Source: Vicugna vicugna
Taxonomy: Eukaryota
Length of the DNA stretch: 64,000 nt
Direction of reading: 5' to 3'
Assembly: GCA_013265495.1 (NCBI GenBank)
Contig: MU058636.1
Coordinates: forward strand, 3,211,967-3,275,966
Positions 50,605-64,000 of this stretch are shown here, piece after piece (position 1 is the first letter of the stretch; each line of letters starts with the position of its first letter). Position numbers and translations under genes: made by a program. The notes under the pieces were generated by a model. That model was given only the letters and a program-made list of their open reading frames with translations. It was not told the DNA's origin and did no database searches.

Positions 50605-51736
50605 AGAACCAATTAAAAAACAGATGAACATATGAAAAGATGCTGAACATCACGTCAATTAGAGAACATTTTGAGAAATTAAAACAACAATGCGAACCCA
50701 CAACACACCCATGAGAATGGCACAATCAGAGCCCAGACGACACCAAATGCTCCAAATGCTCGAGAGGGTGGAACGACAGGGGCTCGTTCACTGCTGGTCG
50801 GGACACAAACTGGTACAGCCGCTGTGGAGGACGGTTCCGCCATTTCTTACAGTTAAACATACTCTCACCATATATTCCAGCAACTGTACTCTCAGGTGTT
50901 TACTCACATGAGTTGAACACTTATGTCCACGCAAAACCCTGCACAGAAATGTTTACAGCAGTTTTATTCATAATTGCTGAAACTTGGAAGCAACCAACAT
51001 GCCCTTCCATAGGTGAATGGGTAAACAAACCGGTACATCCGTATGATGGGGCATTATTCCATGATAAAGGGAGATGAACTATAGGGGGAGGGTACAGCGC
51101 AAGCGGTAAAGCACATGCTTATTACCAGGCACGAGGCCCTGGGTTCAATCCCCAGTACCTCCTCTAAAAATAAATAAACCTAATTATCCCCCCCTGCCAA
51201 ATAATTAAGCAATACAATGATGAATAAGTAAAATATTAAAAAAAAAGAAAAGAAATGAACTATCAAGCCACAAGAAGACAAGGAGGAACCTTAAATGCAT
51301 ATCGCTAAGTGAAAGAAGCCTGTCTCAATAGGGTACATACTGTGTGATTACAACTGACTGACATGCTGGAAAAGGCAAACCGTGGGGACAGTAGAAAGGT
51401 CGCCAGCAGTTAGGAGGAGGGGCAGAGATGAAGAGGCAGAGCCGGTGGGGATGCTGGATCAGTGGAGCTATTCTGTGTGACGCTGTAATGGTGGATCCAG
51501 GACATTATACTTTTATCCAAACCCAATGAACTGCGATGTAAACCATGAACTTCAGCAATAATAATGTATCAATACTGATTCAGTTACAGTATAAACAAGT
51601 GCATCACACTAAAGCAAGATATTAATAAAAGGGGAAATGGGGGGAGGGGGAGGAAGATGAGAACTCACCTCATACATAGGTTTAATTTTCCTGAAAACCT
51701 AAAACTGCTCAAAACATAGTCTATAAATTAAAAAAA
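50605..51736 (+). mobile_element. L1MB-like 3' end
   Basis: aaaagatgctgaacatc...ttggaagcaaccaacatgcccttccataggtgaatgg...ggaaccttaaatgcatatcgctaagtgaaagaagcc...aaacctaaaactgctc and an A tail. Confidence 0.8.
51083..51250 (+). mobile_element. tRNA-derived SINE (Vic-1 type) nested in an L1
   Basis: gggggagggtacagcgcaagcggta...ctgggttcaatccccagtacctcc, A-rich tail, TSD ga(g/a)atgaactat on both sides. Confidence 0.85.
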
Positions 51737-52079
51737 TCATTTTGGGGGGTTCCTAAAATAAGGCACAGTCATCTGGAAAGTTCCCCTTACAGAACACCCA
51801 CTTTGCAGTGGGGCTACACAAATGAGACAGGGGTATTTATTAAGCCAGGTAGAATTCATAGAAAACCCACACTTATCTTACCTGCATCAGCCTTGAAATT
51901 ATTAGCATAATGCACAGCAAACACATTTTTGGTCAGGGTTACAGTATGTGATTTTATAAGAACTAAAACTCTGGAAAGAGCCATCCCTCACTAGTGAAGG
52001 GGTCTGACACTCCCAGCTGGCAGCAGTTAAGTGGACCAGCGACTGTAGATCAAACATGAACCGCAAAGAAAACACTGAC

Positions 52080-55000
52080 ACGCAACACTCTAGAAATTTA
52101 TTACCAAATTACAGCCTGTGCACAGACACAGCTAAGCTCAGGAGACCAGCAATGTAGCCGCACAAAACGTAAAGAAAAGCATGGTTAGTAAACACAATTT
52201 AGAAACATCTTTTTCTTCAACTTAGGTTCAAAATACTGGGAGGCATACACTGAAACAAAGATCTTAGCAAAACACAGACCATCATAACACACAGTGGTCT
52301 CGCTGGACACCGTCTACACAGTGTGAACCAGAGGCCACCCCCACTGCACTGCTGCTGCACCCACGTGAGCAGACCCGTGTCCACCTCTGTGTGTTTTCAC
52401 AAAGTATGTATGTCCTTGGAGAAAGGGCACAGGCAACAGTTAGGTCCCAAGGTTTTTAATGCTGTCCCATGAGTCTGCATTAATGAAGCTATGAAAAAAC
52501 GGGAGGAGGTGTGCTGGGTCTAAAACTGCTCCTTGAAATGAAGCACATCTAAGGGGTGGAGCTGGTTACAACAACAGGGGAGACCAGCTCGGACACTTTA
52601 CAGAGCTCAGCGTGGACCACCGGGCTCTGCCCAAGGGAGAACAACAGATATTTTCAATTGAAATTGCAGCCTTAAAAAAAGTTAGTGAGAGACGAGAGAA
52701 GGAAGTGCTTAAACAAACAAGCCTGCATAGCTGATGAACTGAATTGCAGTCTGGTTTCAATTCCTTCCCACCTAAAACTAAGCCTGGTTAACTGAGGTAG
52801 TAGACTCTGGAAATGCTGTGTGCAAAGATTCAGGTTTTCCAAAGGGCAATATTTAGTCATTTCAGAGGCCGTAAAACTGAAGCTCATTTACAGGTTTGAA
52901 AACCAAGTGGGAGTCCTTTCACAGGAGGAGAATGGCTGTATTAACTCCCTGTCTGTTGTGACTTCCAAGTGACAGAAACCTACACTCTGCTGGTGACAAG
53001 GCAGAACCTAGGTTACATCTATACATATAAAATAAAGTCAATCGAGAAACGAGAGAGGTAAAATAAAAAGAATAAACTGGATGACATTACCTGACTATTT
53101 TTCCTGTTTTTATTAACAAGTCACCTGGAAATTTAGAAATATCAGTAAAGAGTTGTCCAGAGCCAAAAAACCTAATAAAAATTCAAAGAATTACTGTTAA
53201 TTTGTGAATGTTTAAAAACATCTGTTATCTTAGGGACTTTATTTTTTAAATATTCATACAGTTTCCACAAGAGAAAACAATATTAAAAGCAAATGTCCTA
53301 AAAAATTAAATAAATAAGTTGAAAAGCTTAATTTAAAAATATAAATAAGTAAACACAGTAATTACAAGTTTTTAGCTTCTTCTGCAAAAAAAAATGATTA
53401 GTGGAGACGAGAATAAAACATTTGGGGTTTAAATATTTGTATCCCCCAGCACGCCCTCCAATGGTAATTCCTACCCTTCTTCATTGTGACAGATTCTTAG
53501 AGTCACATAAATATTACGTACATAACAAATTAAGTGGTATATAAAAAATACTATACAATCAAAACAGTTATGGAACAGAAGACAAAACAAATGTTAAAAG
53601 AACAATTATGATTGTTTCCTCATACAGTTAATGTGGCCCTTTCTTGGAAAAGGCCAGCAATTATCCTTAACATTTTATGCCTATCATACAGGAAACATCC
53701 TAAGGTGACTTGTCATTAATAAGACACAAGGAAGAGTGGGAATCTACTACTGTGCCAAAAGGACTCGTTCATCAAAACAATGCAGAAGGAGCCGAAGACC
53801 CCATGGCATGAAACGCCTTCCTAAGTCCTCACTTCACCTCAGCGTCCTGAGGGTCCGGGAAGTGAAACAACTGTGCCAGCTGGTCTACGATTCTCGTCAT
53901 GGACTCAGCAGCGTCTACAGAAACTCTGAATTCAAACAAGCTCAAGCTGTTCAAAACCTACAGTATCAATCATTCTGAAATGTTCAAAAGAGTCAGGCTA
54001 CATGTAGCAAAGTGAAAGAGTGACAATGACACTGAAAATGTGGGCTGGATACATACATTTTCCTGATGTAGCTCCATGTCTGTTTACAGGAGATTCATCA
54101 GATGCTTGCTCACTTTTTGAGTAATTATTGATTTCAGCCTATTTTTTGATAGTCAAATATCACATCATCAAAACTGCAATCTCAAGAGCCAGACGAAGCC
54201 CCCAGTGAAGCAGCTAGCCTGCCAACCTGTCACCTCTTCCAAGTCGTCTTGGCATTTCTGGAGGTAGAGGTCCAAGCCTGGAGTATGTGTGGTCATTCTG
54301 GGATGCCTACACTGCACTGACCAGGAGATAAAGTCTGTGATGCCACCGTCCACTTTCTGCTTGGAACTAGGCTTCAGCCTACATCAGCGAGCCATTTGTC
54401 TGGTACATTTCATTAATATTAATTTCCTTTTAAAAATAAAGGACTTATGCAAGCAAAATGTTTGCAGCAAACAGGTAACATGTTTACATGTTTGCCATAA
54501 TTACACATGTACATGTTTACAATAAACATGAAGCTTGGGAAAGGACCAAAACGGTTCATGAAAATAGCCAGATCCATAAGAGTTACGTTGTTCAAGCAAA
54601 TGGATGCAGTTCTAATTTTGAAGCAAATTTAAAGACAGAAAAGAGAAAAAATTTTTATATTATCTTTCCAAGGCATCCACAGATTTCTGTGCCTTTCATT
54701 TATGATCTGAACTTGTTTCATTAGTTGGAGCCAGAAGCTACACAGCATAATTACAGAAAGTGCCCAGACGGAACCGCACCGCCTGGGCCGAGTCTGTAAG
54801 CCACAGAGCTCCCAGCGAGGGGTGTGCACACAGTAAGCAACCAACACGAGCCTGCTGAACCCAGGACTGTCTGATCAGGTAGCTGCAAGCCAGAAGTGTA
54901 CAAAACTCAGTCCTAACATCACTGTGTTGCAGAACCCGAAATACTCAGGTTTTCTGATGAATTAATGGAAACAAATCTAATTTGATAATGCAACAGGAAA

Positions 55001-57028
55001 AACAAAACAAAACAAAACACAGAAAGTCTCTCATTCTGGGTAAGGCAACACAGTCTCGCAATGAAGACAACGTACATACAATGTACAGTAAAGGTTGGAC
55101 AGAACACCTGAGGATCCTGTCTCCTCAGGATCCTTTAAGACTTACAAAGCATTCACCATCCACAGACAGAGCAAAACGAGAAAACAAGGGAAATTTAAAA
55201 ACACACCTGACTCAATAAAGATAAGCTCCCAGGAACCTTCAGGGTCCAAATACTGCTCAACTGAGTTTTTTAAAAATCATAATTACCATGCTACTATCCA
55301 TGAATTCAGAAAAAAATTCGAAATGTTAGCCAAGACAAATAACACAAAATTTTAAAAATGGTCTAACTAATCAACTAAAATATACAAACAAGCTTTAACA
55401 GTCAAAACACTAAGGTTTTAACAATTGCCCCGAGGACTTCAGGAAGAAAGTAAGTTACTGAATGGCAATAATTTGCAAGATTATCTCAGTGGGGTTATTT
55501 CTTTCTTTACTAAAAGTTCATGAATAAAAGGAAACGTCTCACTTCAAGTTTTAAGATGAATTAATTCAGTTAAAATAAAATCATGATACGTTATGATTTT
55601 AACTCTTATAATCTATGCCTCAGAGGAAGAGGTGGGCAACTTATAGCATTAGATGAATACTGCAGTCTAGAGTCGGACTTATCTAAAAATTACATAGTTC
55701 TTAGTAGGGGGAAAAATCTCTTAAGCACGATGCTAAGGGTTTTTTTCCTAAGTGTCAAAAAGCTATATTATTTTTAGTTTTAAACCAATAGGTGCTCTCC
55801 AAAATTGAAAACTCAGGATATCATCAAGTATAAATTTTTAAAGCTTGACTATTAAAGCACAGGTTGCCCAACAAAATAGGACACATGTGATTTTTAAAAA
55901 CTAACACTAGGCTACTCCGCTCGTGATGAGATCCACGGCCTCCCCTCTTCTGGCCTCTCCCTGCTGTCTCATTCCCACGGGACTGAGTGAGCACGTCAGA
56001 TTTCTAACCTCATCTTAGTGTTCGTACAAGCTCTCAATCTAGACAAGGAATAATTTTTAAGTTTTCAACAGAACATCATTCATTATGCACGACGTTACTC
56101 TGTTAATAAACAAGCTGTCTACAAAACCATAAAGATTTTGTGTTGTTTGTTTTCCATTAGCCACAAGAGAGTGGACTTGTTTAGAACACCGAAGCATTTA
56201 TTTAGAATACGAAAGGCAAATTCAGCAGAAAACAAACAACGCTGGAGCTGAGAAAAATAAAGGTTTATCTGTTGAACATACTGAAAGAAAAGTGCAAACA
56301 CTCAAAGTCTAGAATGAAGAAGAGCATCTTATGCAATCAGAGTATTCTTCCCACCATTCCAGTATGAAATGTAAGAGATGCCAGCAAAAAGGCCAGAGAA
56401 GCCACCTGGCAAAACAACTCAAAAACCACAAACATGAGGATACTCCCCTATGAAGCTTAGTAAGTGATTAAACAGCTAATAGAAGAAATGGTAAGGGAAG
56501 GAAAGGTGAGAATTCAAACTATATAATAGACTCTAACAGTAATAGTAAAATTCTAAAGGTTTAAATAGCAGATTCATTATTTAATCCAAAACCATCACTC
56601 GTAACAGCAAATAATGAATTTGACACAAACCCAGTTTGGCTGTTAAAAATCAACAGATAATAGGTCCCTCGTGCTCAGAGCAAAGAAAGGGGAAAAACCA
56701 AAAAGCATCAAATGCGAGTGAGAAACAGAGGTCCTTGTACATTTTCTGTATACAAATTCCTACAACAGCACACTGATCACTTCCTGCAGCCTCCCTGACA
56801 CGCTGGCTGGTGTGCAAAGGGCTGCATGGGTATGTGGGCATCAGGCTCTCCATGTAAGCTTTTCTTATTTTTCAACTACATTTATATTCTTTGCAGTTTT
56901 AGATTTCTTTTCCTTTAAGAGCAAAATCTCTCCAATGAAAAGTTCCAAACCTGTTTTTTTTTTAAATTGCTGGAATTTCTTCACATTTTATAAACAAAAA
57001 TACCAGAAATGAAAGAGCTGACAGAAAT
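52080..57028 (-). other. KATNAL1: Candidate long 3' UTR of KATNAL1 (~5 kb)
   Basis: AT-rich, largely repeat-poor stretch after the stop codon, ending at an AATAAA with a GU-rich downstream tract. The exact end is inferred. Confidence 0.6.
52097..52102 (-). terminator. Candidate distal polyadenylation signal AATAAA
   Basis: tttatt on the + strand; on the minus strand it is followed by ...GAGTGTTGCGTGTCAGTGTTTTCTTTG (GU/U-rich downstream element). Confidence 0.55.
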
Positions 57029-58783
<1,755 letters not shown>

Positions 58784-59490
58784 TTATTACTAGATGTTTT
58801 ACTTTGCAAATCATTTTGATAAGAAATCACCTGTTAACATTCAGGAGAAGAAAGACTAATGCAAAGAAGGGCCAACAACTCTTGAGTCCACTAGTTAATT
58901 ACCAGTTCACTGCATAACTCATGGCATCATTTAACTTTTTATGTGCCTTGGTTGTAATAACTAAAAATTGAAACAAAACTCAGAGTTTTTCTTACAGATT
59001 GTGAAGATACTTGCTATGAGTCTGAGATACTTTATGAAAAATAAAAACATTAGTTGTCAAACACCAGAAATGCTTTTGTTAAAAAAAAAATTTAGTCTAG
59101 TTTTATGAAACTAGATCACATGGAGTGTCACTCCTATGAGTTACTTTGCTCACCTTTTAGCATGACACAGGAGAAGATTTCCATAATTCTAATCAGGATT
59201 AAAAAAATCCAGTTCTCTTTTCCTGGAAATCAGCAACTGGCACAAAACACTTATTTAATGTATTTTTCACTTGGCAAGCCAGCCCATAGACATTTGCTGT
59301 TCCAATATGATTGAAATGTGTATTGAGTAAGCTGAAACAAACTACAGAATTTTAAAATAACATGCTTGCAGTCTCGCTATCAGTTTTAGTGGCAAATCTG
59401 CTTAATACAGCACACTAAGATAATGTAAAATTAGTTTGGATTTGGCTCTCTACTATTTCCTGATATACAAAGTGAAATTAAATTTTTGCA

Positions 59491-59930
59491 ATTTTTATTT
59501 TGAAAATTTTTTACTCTTCAGGTTAAAAAAAAATCAGTGAACACCCATTTTACCTTTCCTCTAGATTCACCAATTGTCAACATTTTGCTGTTACCATTCC
59601 GTTGTCCTCTCCTCTCCCCACCCCCCTCTCTATTTTGAATTGAGATCTAACTGTAGGCATCACAACACTTCACCTTAAATTCTTTAGTATGTGGCTCCTA
59701 AGAACAAAGGTGTCCATATGATTATTACTCTTATCAGGAAGTTTAACATTGGTACATCAGTATCATTTAATACATAATCCAGATTAAAATGTCCACATTC
59801 ATCCCAGCCCTTTATTACTTTTTTAAAAACTATCACAAGTTGCATTTAGTTATCATCTCTCTTTAGTCTTCTTTAATCTAAAACAGTTCCCCAGTGTTAT
59901 TCTGTTTGTTTTGTCTTTCATGACACTGGC
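59491..59930 (-). mobile_element. Old L1 (L1MC-like) 3' end
   Basis: tttttattttgaaaat...gaacacccat...agattcaccaattgtcaacattttgc...cttcaccttaaattctttagtatgt, resembling reverse-complemented L1MC 3' UTR. Confidence 0.6.
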
Positions 59931-59934
59931 AATT

Positions 59935-61790
59935 CTCACCTAAATGATCTTCCAGAGTCAAGGCATCCCAATAAAATCCCAACAGTCTGTTAGTGGAATT
60001 TGACAGGCAGATACGAAAATGTTAATGGAGCGAATGAGAACAATCACGACACTGTGGAAGGGAGACAGCAAGGTGGGAGGAACTGCTCTATTACAAAGCA
60101 ACAGGATTCAAATCTGTGTAACACTCCCGTGGACAGGATACAGAATAGGGAGTCTAGAAGCAGAGCAAAGCATATACTATGGACATCAGAACATGACACA
60201 GGCGGGACAGGCAGTGGGAGAAAGAAGGGTCCTTTCAATAAATGATGCCAGAACTGACTACTCACAGAGAGAAAAATGAAACTGGGTCACACCTCACCAC
60301 ACAGAAAACTCAGGGCCAGATACATTACCGATGTAAGTGTAAGATGCAAAATTATAAGCATTATAGAAGATAAAACAGGAAAACATCTTAATGATCTCAG
60401 AGTAAGTATTCTTAAGATACATAAAAAATTGACTACAAAGAAAAAGACTGATAAACTGACCACATTAAAATTAGGAACTCCTATTTGTCAAAAGACACTG
60501 TAAGTATAGTGAAAACACACAAGCCATAGAGTTTGAGAAAATATTTACAACATACTTAATTAACAAAAAAAACTTATATCCAGAATATTTAAAGAATTCC
60601 TGCAAACCAACAAGAAAAAGTCAGACCACCTAATAGAAAAATGGGCAAAAAGCTTGAACAGATACATCATAAAATCCAAACGGCCAATCAATAAAGGAAA
60701 AGATGGTCAAATTCTTCCATAATAAAGGAAATACAAATTAAACCACATGAGCACTGCACATCAAGAGACTGGTGTACATTTAAACATCTGACAATACCAT
60801 GTGACGGAAAAACGTGGAACAACAGGAACTCCATTCTTTGCTGGGAGGAGTGGAAGCCCAACAACCACAACAATCCAAGAGACTGGATTTACGTACTGAC
60901 GTTTCAGCTACGCAGCGTGACCGAGCAGCTCACTCCAGGATGGGATGATCCACCCTGGCCTGAAGAAATTAGGCCCTTGCACTATGATACATGCACAAGA
61001 ATGCTCATAGCAGTATTGTTCGTAATAGCCGGAAACCGGAAATAATCATAATGCCCACCAAGTAACATGGCAGGTAACTGCAGGAAAATCACATGGCGGG
61101 TGTTATGGGCTAAACTGTGTCTCACGCTAGATTCTTACGTTGAGGCTGTAACCTCCAATACCTCAGAATGTGACTGTATTTGAAGACAGGGCCTTTAAAG
61201 GGCGAACTAAGGTAAAACGAGGTCAGCTGCGTGGGCCTTAGTCCAGTATGACTGGTATCTTTATAAGAAGAGATTAGGACACAGACACACACAGGACCAA
61301 AGACCACATGAAGACGTGAAAAGAAAATGGCCAGAGACGCCCCAGAATGAAACCAGTCCCGCTGACACCCTGCTCCTGGCCCTGCAGCCTCCAGAGCTGT
61401 GAGAAGATACACTTCTCCTGCTTAAGCCCCTCTGCCTGTGCTGCTTTGCCGCGCGGCCCTAGCAAACCAACACGCCGGAGCGCCACACAGCAAGATGGAT
61501 GATGGACTGCGTCTGCGGGTCACAGCATGGATGAATCTCAAAAACACACGGAGCAACAGAAGCAAGGTACAAATGAACACAATTTATGTAAAGTTTAAAG
61601 GGAGGTAAAACGGGGTGGGGATCTATTATTGGTTGATAAAGTTACAAGGAAAAACAATATATTATTTCCATAAAAGGAGTAACAGTGGTGACCACCAGGG
61701 GGCAGGAAGGGAGCTCCTGGGGGCTGGTGTCCTCCACTTGTGGGCCTTGCTTACTCTGCCAATTACTGGATAAACTGAACATCTGAACAG
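59935..61790 (+). mobile_element. Old L1M ORF2 3' end and UTR, interrupted by MLT1
   Basis: attaaaattaggaactcctatttgtcaaaagacac...gaaaaatgggcaaaaagcttgaacag...agaatgctcatagcagtattgttcgtaatagcc; resumes after 61470 (catggatgaatctcaaaaac). Confidence 0.72.
61101..61472 (+). mobile_element. MLT1 (MaLR) solo LTR
   Basis: tgttatgggctaaactgtgtc...cctcagaatgtgactgtatttgaagacagggcctttaaag...cagcctccagagctgtgagaa...gccctagcaaac. Confidence 0.88.
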
Positions 61791-62644
61791 GTTTGAAGTA
61801 AGACAAAGCAAAGCAACACAAAGAGCAGCGCCAGTGGGGAGAGAAGCAGCCGCAGGCACGACGGGGTGTGGCTAGAAAACCGTCACCCCTAGAATTCCTT
61901 CACCTGGGAGCTCCCCAACCTTGACGATCCAGGGCCAGAGGCCCACGCAGGGGTCCAACACAGGTGGTGTAGGCCAAAGAGGTCCGGGACTCAGGTGATC
62001 AGCAAGAAGGGTGTGGGAAGAAAGAGGCACGGGGGGAGGCTGCGGGTCCCCTGCTACCGGCTGCGCTCCTGGCGCCCCGGGGACCGGGAATTCTGCCCCG
62101 CTAGCCGCGGAGCGCTCCGCACGCAGTAGGTGGGTGCTGGCGAACCACGGCACTTTGCTCTGTCAGCCCCAGTGCTGGTGTACCCCTCTTTGTAAGGCAA
62201 CATGTTCTCCTGTGGCCTGCCCAAAGGACTCAAAACATCAAGTTTAATGTAACGTGTTCTCCCCCAGCAACGAAGACCCAGACAGCCAACTTAAATGCAC
62301 TCTGAAGAAGACACCTGTGCACAAGTGAGGGCCTGGCGGTACTGAAGGTGTGAAGGAAGCGTCCTCCTCTTCCCTAGTAACTGATTTGGGGAAAATTAAC
62401 TTTTAATATTGGTTACATCAGTGTTTGCTGTAAGAATATAAGTAGGATTTATCATCTCTGTAACACTGAATTAATGATATTTAATAACCTCGTGAAAGGA
62501 TTTAACAAGGGGTCAAAGTGTTAATAACAGTATAAAAAACTGCCAATGCTACATAACCAACTTAAAAGGCTTCTGAAATTTAAATAAACATTGTTACAAG
62601 GATCAGACACTTCTTGTAGTAACAGTTCTTCTTGAATACAGGAG

Positions 62645-62860
62645 GCAGTCTCGCACAGTAGATAACGAGTGTGCGCTCTGGGGTCAGACTGCCTGGGCTC
62701 AATGATCTGTCTGCTGCACTGGGCAGGATCCCTAACTGCTCAGTGCCTCAGTTTCCTCGTAAGTAAAGTAAAGGTAAGAAGAGACTCTACCTCACAAGAC
62801 TGTTGTGAGGGTTAAATGAGTTAACACAGGCAAAGCCTGGCCCACAGTCAGCATTCATGT
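62645..62860 (+). mobile_element. MIR SINE
   Basis: ctctggggtcagactgcctggg...gtgcctcagtttcctc...gttgtgagggttaaatgagttaa. Confidence 0.85.
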
Positions 62861-63474
62861 TCACTGCCTCCCCCCACCATCAGTCAATCAACAAAACAGG
62901 ATTAGAGGGAGACCGAGAAAAGCCAGACCCCTTCTGTTAAGGGCCGTCTGGGAGAGAGATGACACAGAGGAAACACCCAGGGGAGGGAAGTCCACACAAG
63001 GGAGAGGCCAAGGCAAAGAAGACTTCATAGAATTGGTGTGCTTTCATGTCGACTTTGAAAAACCAAAAAAAAAATTAAATAGAAAGGAATAGAGAAAAAA
63101 TATGGGAAATGAGAGCACCTTAAATTATGACACGGAAGTAGGAAGAAGCATGAGTGAAAAAAGTGTACGTAGAGAAGTACAACAGAACAGTAAGAAACGC
63201 AGTAGACACAACAGATGAGGTAGGGACTTACAGTAACAAAAAAATACTCTGACCCTGATGTGATCGGAAATACGAATCACTGAGTCTCAGAGGTGGTTTA
63301 GGCAAAGAGTGGTTAAAAGCAAAATATCATTCAAGGCAGGGGGCTGGAGAAGGAGTGCATTAGGCTGAGCGGGTGGTTGCTGCCGTAATGTAGATGCACC
63401 GAGGAACAGGCCTGGTGTGAGACCAAGCCCCACCTGTGCCTGGTGTCTGACTTCTTCCTTCTGGCGACCTCGGC

Positions 63475-63975
63475 AGATTGGATTCCCCAAGGTGGCCCAA
63501 GAACCTCTCTCACCGTACACACACTTCTACTCCCCACCCAGACACGGTCTACTTCCCCTCCTCTTGAAAATGCTTCAGTCCAGACAGCAGAGGTGACACT
63601 ACACGACTTCCAAGGCTAGGTTACAAAAAGCAATGTACCTTCCACCAGAAAAGGTGGGCCCCCCTCCCCTGTATTAAAGTGACAACCTGAGACCACCGTG
63701 CCTGAGGAAGCCCAGGCCACAAGGCGTAACCATAAACAACACAGAGGAGCTCCAGAAAGACAGCCCCACCCGAGGCCCCAGGCCTCAGCCACCAGGCACT
63801 TGAGTGAAGACACTCCAGGTGACGCCAGGCTCCCCATGCGGAGTCACCCTCAGCCGCTGAGTCTCCCAGGTGTGATCCCAGGTATCATGGGACAGATAAA
63901 AACCATCCCTGTGGTGCCCTATCCGAATTCCTGACCCACAGAACCTGTGAGCAAAGTGAGACTGGAATAGTATGC
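63475..63975 (+). mobile_element. Old MLT1 (G/H-like) LTR
   Basis: gcagaggtgacactacacgacttccaaggctaggttacaaaaag...gtgccctatccgaattcctgacccacagaacctgtgag. Confidence 0.7.
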
Positions 63976-64000
63976 CAAACAGGAAGAGGAGCTGATACGC

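Noticed and set aside
54477..54530. Repeated ACATGT palindromes resembling p53 half-sites
   Set aside because: CATG cores are spaced 8 and 6 nt apart rather than 10, and purine flanks are poor; more likely local slippage.

Overview
Mammalian genomic DNA, most likely from a camelid (alpaca, llama or camel), based on three tRNA-derived Vic-1-type SINEs and cetartiodactyl-type L1 3' ends. The only protein-coding content I can support is the 3' end of KATNAL1 (katanin p60 ATPase subunit A-like 1) on the minus strand: the last two coding exons (58638-58764 and 57029-57227) and a candidate AT-rich 3' UTR of about 5 kb ending near a poly(A) signal at 52097-52102. The upstream exons lie beyond the right edge of the window. 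The other ~52 kb is intergenic and dense with transposon fossils (L1, L2, L3/CR1, MIR, MLT1/MER21/ERV LTRs, Tigger-type MITE). Nearly all listed ORFs are chance ORFs or L1 remnants. I found no convincing novel biological system. The most notable items are a twin-primed (5'-inverted) L1 insertion, nested insertions with readable target-site duplications (TSDs), a hairpin MITE near a KATNAL1 splice donor, and a few candidate enhancer or CTCF elements. Repeat boundaries and subfamily names were judged by eye and are approximate unless a TSD is quoted.
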